DNA of 31,301 bases from Gammaproteobacteria bacterium. GTDB taxonomy: Bacteria > Pseudomonadota > Gammaproteobacteria > Chromatiales > Chromatiaceae. A model generated the notes under the pieces. The model worked only from the letters and a program-made list of their open reading frames with translations. It searched no databases and was not told the origin of the DNA. The DNA is taken from positions 1 through 31,301 of the forward strand of contig DAOUQU010000001.1 of assembly GCA_030625445.1 (NCBI GenBank), written 5' to 3'. Of the stretch, positions 27,980 through 31,301 are shown in pieces. The translations under genes and the position numbers were made by a program. Position 1 is the stretch's first letter. The number at the start of each line of letters is the position of its first letter.

Positions 27980-28822
27980 CTACTTCTCTTTTAACTTCAA
28001 CAGCAGCTGATAAAGTTCCCGCTTTGGTTGCCCACTGATGCGTGCAGCGATTCTTGCCGCCTGGTTGGGCGGCATCTCCTCGACAAGCACCTGCAGCACT
28101 CCATCAATAAAGCCTTTCTCCATGACGGGACTCTCACCAGCTGCAACCATAACCACGAATTCGCCGCGCTGCTGATTAGTGTCTGCAGCCATCGTTTGCA
28201 GTAATCGGCCGAGCGGCTGGTCGATCATGGTTTCGTATTGCTTGGTCAGTTCACGTGCAATCACCACGCGGCGATCTTTCCCAAACTGTGTCAGCATATC
28301 CTCCAGGCTGTGCAGGATGCGGTGGGATGATTCATAAAATACCAGCGTCGATGGGAAATCGCTCAACTGCTGCAGACGTTTCCGACGTTTTGCCTGCGTG
28401 CGAGGCAGGAAGCCCTCAAACAGAAAACGGTCGGTCGGCAATCCTGATGCTGACAACGCAGAAATAACTGCGCTGGCGCCGGGTATCGGTACAACATCAA
28501 TCCCCCTCTCCCTGCATGCGCTGACAATACGGTAACCGGGATCGCAAATCAACGGTGTTCCCGCATCACTTACCAGAGCAATCTCTTTCCCGGCAAGCAA
28601 TAACTCGACAAGTTGCTGTGATCGCTGCTGCTCATTGTGTTCATGAAAAGAGAGCGTTCGCGCATCAATGCCAAGATGAGAAAGCAATCCTGCCGTGTGT
28701 CGTGTATCTTCGGCGGCAATCAAATCAACCCGTTTCAGTACCTCGACAGCCCGCCGGGTGATATCCCCAAGGTTACCGATGGGAGTAGCAACAATATAAA
28801 GCCTGCCTGTTTGCATTGACAT
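27980..28822 (-). CDS. rsmI: 16S rRNA Cm1402 2'-O-methyltransferase
   Basis: LYIVATPIGNLGDI, AAEDTRH, SDAGTPLICDPG, FEGFLP, YESSHR, ARELTK. Start at 28822 or 28816. Confidence 0.97.
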   Translation of the reverse strand: MSMQTGRLYIVATPIGNLGDITRRAVEVLKRVDLIAAEDTRHTAGLLSHLGIDARTLSFHEHNEQQRSQQLVELLLAGKEIALVSDAGTPLICDPGYRIVSACRERGIDVVPIPGASAVISALSASGLPTDRFLFEGFLPRTQAKRRKRLQQLSDFPSTLVFYESSHRILHSLEDMLTQFGKDRRVVIARELTKQYETMIDQPLGRLLQTMAADTNQQRGEFVVMVAAGESPVMEKGFIDGVLQVLVEEMPPNQAARIAARISGQPKRELYQLLLKLKEK

Positions 28823-28921
28823 CTCGCCCTTCACTACGGATACTGCGGCAGTGATTGAATCTATTTCGGAGTTGAGGAAGCTCTGATCAAGTCGCTTCGC
28901 GTCTCGAGCAGAGCATCCCTG

Positions 28922-29029
28922 CAAGTTTTTCTACGGGGGAAGGGTTATCTATTATTGGTTTTTAATGGGAAATTCGGAACACCCTTCCCCCGAACCCCCA
29001 TCCCATAGACTTATTCTGAGGTTCCTTAG
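28922..29029. repeat. Bipartite dispersed element, copy B (upstream of lpoA)
   Basis: Homologous to 3203-3323. Contains a perfect 12-bp inverted repeat, cgggggaagggt (28934-28945) / acccttcccccg (28981-28992). Confidence 0.8.
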
Positions 29030-29033
29030 TATT

Positions 29034-30329
29034 ATGCTACCACTAAAAAAACTTTTCCCTGCTGTTGTTCTCGCCTTTTCCCTTGCCATCTCCGGATGTA
29101 CCTCAATGGGTCTGGATACCTTTGGATTCGGCGTCGATAAAGCCCGTTCGGATCGTGCCGAGACACTGGCAAACAAGGGTGACTACTCGGGAGCCGCCTA
29201 CTTATATGAAAACCTGGCACGCTCAAACAAAGGCAACCAGCGCCGTGAATATCTGCAAAGAGCACTGATGTATTATGAGAGAGCAGGAGATGAGGCTTCC
29301 GCTGCGCGTATCAGGATGGCGCTATCAAACGAAGCAGTCGTAACATCAAATGTCACGACTGGTGAAATCGCTGTTTTGCTCCCCTCTTCAGGCGTCTATG
29401 CAAACGCCGCCAATGCTGTTCGCCAGGGGATTGATTCAGTGCATGCACGTCAGCCTGAGGGAAAACGCCCGACACTGCGCTATATTGACAGCAGCGGCAA
29501 CCTCGCCGACGCCATTGGGCAGGCAGACTCAGCAGCCATGATTCTCGGGCCACTCAGCAAGCCTTCCGTGCAGAAGGTTACCTCTACAGATCAACACGGT
29601 TCGCCGACTATCACCCTCAACCAGGTCAGCAACTACTCTCCCCGCGGCGTTTACCAGTTCGGCTTGTCTCCGGTTGCAGAGGGAGAAATTATCGCCGAGA
29701 AAGCCTGGAATGATGGCCACCGCACGGCATCAATCATCTACCCGAATACCAGTTGGGGAAGCCGTTATGAAAAGGGCTTTCGTCAGCGCTGGCACTCCCT
29801 GGGGGGGGCTGTCACAGCCAGGGTGATTTACCCGCAGGGAGCCGGCAGTTTCACTAACACCGTCAACTCAGCCACGAAGACACCGGCAGATACCGTCTTC
29901 ATCGTGGCCAAACCCAGCAAGGCGCGCAAGATCCGTGCACAACTGCTACTCGCAGGCAGCCAGAACCCTGCGGTATATGCATCCTCAACCGCCTATGACA
30001 GGCGCCTCTATGGACACAAGGACTCCGATTTCGAGAATGTGTGGATTCCGGTATTGCGCTGGTCTGTCCCCGGTGCGTCACCAGCATCCATTCCCACTTA
30101 CCAGGAGCTTGAATCCGGCGGCGCCATCAATCCCGGCCTGGCAAAATTCTACGCTTTCGGAATTGATGCAATGCTGCTGGCTCTGAACGCGGGGGATATC
30201 AGCAGAGGAAAAACCATCAAGGGAGCAACTGGCGATCTGAGCCTCGACAGCAACGGCATCGTCAGGCGCAATATGCTGTGGCTCCATTATCATAATGGCA
30301 CCCTGACTCAACACCAGCCTCGCAGCTAG
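29034..30329 (+). CDS. lpoA: Penicillin-binding protein activator LpoA (short form)
   Basis: 431 aa from ATG 29034. Lipobox LAISGC, TPR-like helices, IAVLLP...G, ILGPLSK, FGLSP..E, AFGIDA, GATGDL; rsmI/lpoA/yraN context. Confidence 0.85.
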   Translation: MLPLKKLFPAVVLAFSLAISGCTSMGLDTFGFGVDKARSDRAETLANKGDYSGAAYLYENLARSNKGNQRREYLQRALMYYERAGDEASAARIRMALSNEAVVTSNVTTGEIAVLLPSSGVYANAANAVRQGIDSVHARQPEGKRPTLRYIDSSGNLADAIGQADSAAMILGPLSKPSVQKVTSTDQHGSPTITLNQVSNYSPRGVYQFGLSPVAEGEIIAEKAWNDGHRTASIIYPNTSWGSRYEKGFRQRWHSLGGAVTARVIYPQGAGSFTNTVNSATKTPADTVFIVAKPSKARKIRAQLLLAGSQNPAVYASSTAYDRRLYGHKDSDFENVWIPVLRWSVPGASPASIPTYQELESGGAINPGLAKFYAFGIDAMLLALNAGDISRGKTIKGATGDLSLDSNGIVRRNMLWLHYHNGTLTQHQPRS

Positions 30330-30347
30330 GAGAGAATCTGTCCGGGA

Positions 30348-30704
30348 ATGAGCAGCAGGGAGACAGGTAACAGGATCGAGCAGTATGCACTCGATTATCT
30401 AAAATCCCGGGGACTCAAACTGGTCACACGCAATTTCCTGTGCCGCATGGGTGAGATCGACCTCATCATGATGCACAACAGGCATCTCGTTTTTGTTGAA
30501 GTTCGCTACCGAAAAAACAGCAATTACGGAACCCCGGCAGCAACCATCAGCCGCACCAAGCAGAGCCGCCTGACGCGAACTGCAAATTTTTATCTGCAAC
30601 AACATCGCCTTGACACAGCCTGCCGCTTTGATGTCGTTGCCATCGTCGCCCAACCTGAAGTCAAAATCGAGTGGATTCAAAATGCCTTTGACGCAGCATA
30701 CTAG
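30348..30704 (+). CDS. yraN: YraN family (UPF0102) PD-(D/E)XK-like protein
   Basis: 118 aa. G...E..A..YL...GL, RNF, GEIDLIM, FVEVRYR, CRFDVVAI. Confidence 0.95.
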   Translation: MSSRETGNRIEQYALDYLKSRGLKLVTRNFLCRMGEIDLIMMHNRHLVFVEVRYRKNSNYGTPAATISRTKQSRLTRTANFYLQQHRLDTACRFDVVAIVAQPEVKIEWIQNAFDAAY

Positions 30705-31284
30705 GGGGCTGATTATCTCTCTTAGCGCTCTTATTTATCTCCCGCTGCTGGGAGGTTGTACCGCTGCTGTCGTAGCCACCACCGCAACACTCGCTTCAAC
30801 CATACACGATAGACGCAGCAATGATGCCGTCATGGATGACCAGGAGATCAAACTGCGTGCAAGGACTACGCTAAGCAAGCATCCTGAAATCTCCGATCAT
30901 TCACGCATACATGTCACCAGCTTTAACCGCCGCGTATTGATTTTTGGACAGGCAGAAACCAGGGAACTGGCACATAAATTTGCACAGATTGTCAGCCACC
31001 AGCCAAAAGTCAAATCCATCTATAATGAAGTTGAAGTGAGGCCACTGGCTGACAATCTCGATGTCAGCGGTGATTCCGCCCTGACCAGTAAAATCAAGGG
31101 ATCACTGTGGCGGATCAGTATCAAGGGCTTCGACCCGACCCGGGTCAAAGTCTCCACCACCCTGGGAAATGTCTACCTGCTCGGCCTGGTGACTGCTGAA
31201 GAGGGACCTGCCATCGTCGAACATGTGCGCAGCATCAGCGGTGTAAAAAAAGTCATTGAGATCTTTGAGTATCTTGAAGGGTGA
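30682..31284 (+). CDS. dolP: Dual-BON-domain lipoprotein (DolP/YraP-like)
   Basis: 200 aa from ATG 30682. Lipobox LGGC, DRRS...DDQEI, two BON domains (VLIFGQA; VYLLGLVT). Start inferred. Confidence 0.85.
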   Translation: MPLTQHTRGLIISLSALIYLPLLGGCTAAVVATTATLASTIHDRRSNDAVMDDQEIKLRARTTLSKHPEISDHSRIHVTSFNRRVLIFGQAETRELAHKFAQIVSHQPKVKSIYNEVEVRPLADNLDVSGDSALTSKIKGSLWRISIKGFDPTRVKVSTTLGNVYLLGLVTAEEGPAIVEHVRSISGVKKVIEIFEYLEG

Positions 31285-31301
31285 CTGCTATCGGCAACAA
31301 T

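Noticed and set aside
31281-31301. GTG overlapping the dolP stop (MTAIGNN...)
   Set aside because: Too short to assign; it may or may not be the next gene.
1-31301. CRISPR array, tRNA/rRNA, integrase, transposase or prophage genes
   Set aside because: No regularly spaced repeat-spacer units, cloverleafs or recombinase motifs were seen.

Overview
Core-genome region of a gammaproteobacterium. From left to right it holds nadK-recN, fur, bamE, an M23 peptidase, dciA and the complete dcw cluster on the minus strand (transcribed mraZ-rsmH-ftsL-ftsI-murE-murF-mraY-murD-ftsW-murG-murC-murB-ddl-ftsQ-ftsA-ftsZ-lpxC). These are followed by rnpB (RNase P RNA), rsmI, lpoA, yraN and a BON lipoprotein (dolP). 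Four things depart from the usual layout. (1) A ~2.9 kb accessory islet lies between rsmI and rnpB; it encodes a HerA/DUF87-type ATPase with no nuclease or Sir2 partner, an unrecognised 129-aa ORF and a sigma32-type Hsp20. (2) A bipartite ~110-120 bp element (43/49 and 18/22 identical blocks) occurs upstream of both outer-membrane lipoprotein genes bamE and lpoA. (3) The 395-bp ftsA-ftsZ spacer is unusually long and carries inverted repeats, alternatively pairing hairpins and an in-frame 10-codon uORF with its own SD. (4) secA and diaA/gmhA are absent from their usual positions, and LpoA is short. All assignments come from motif recognition and reading by eye; no database searches were run.
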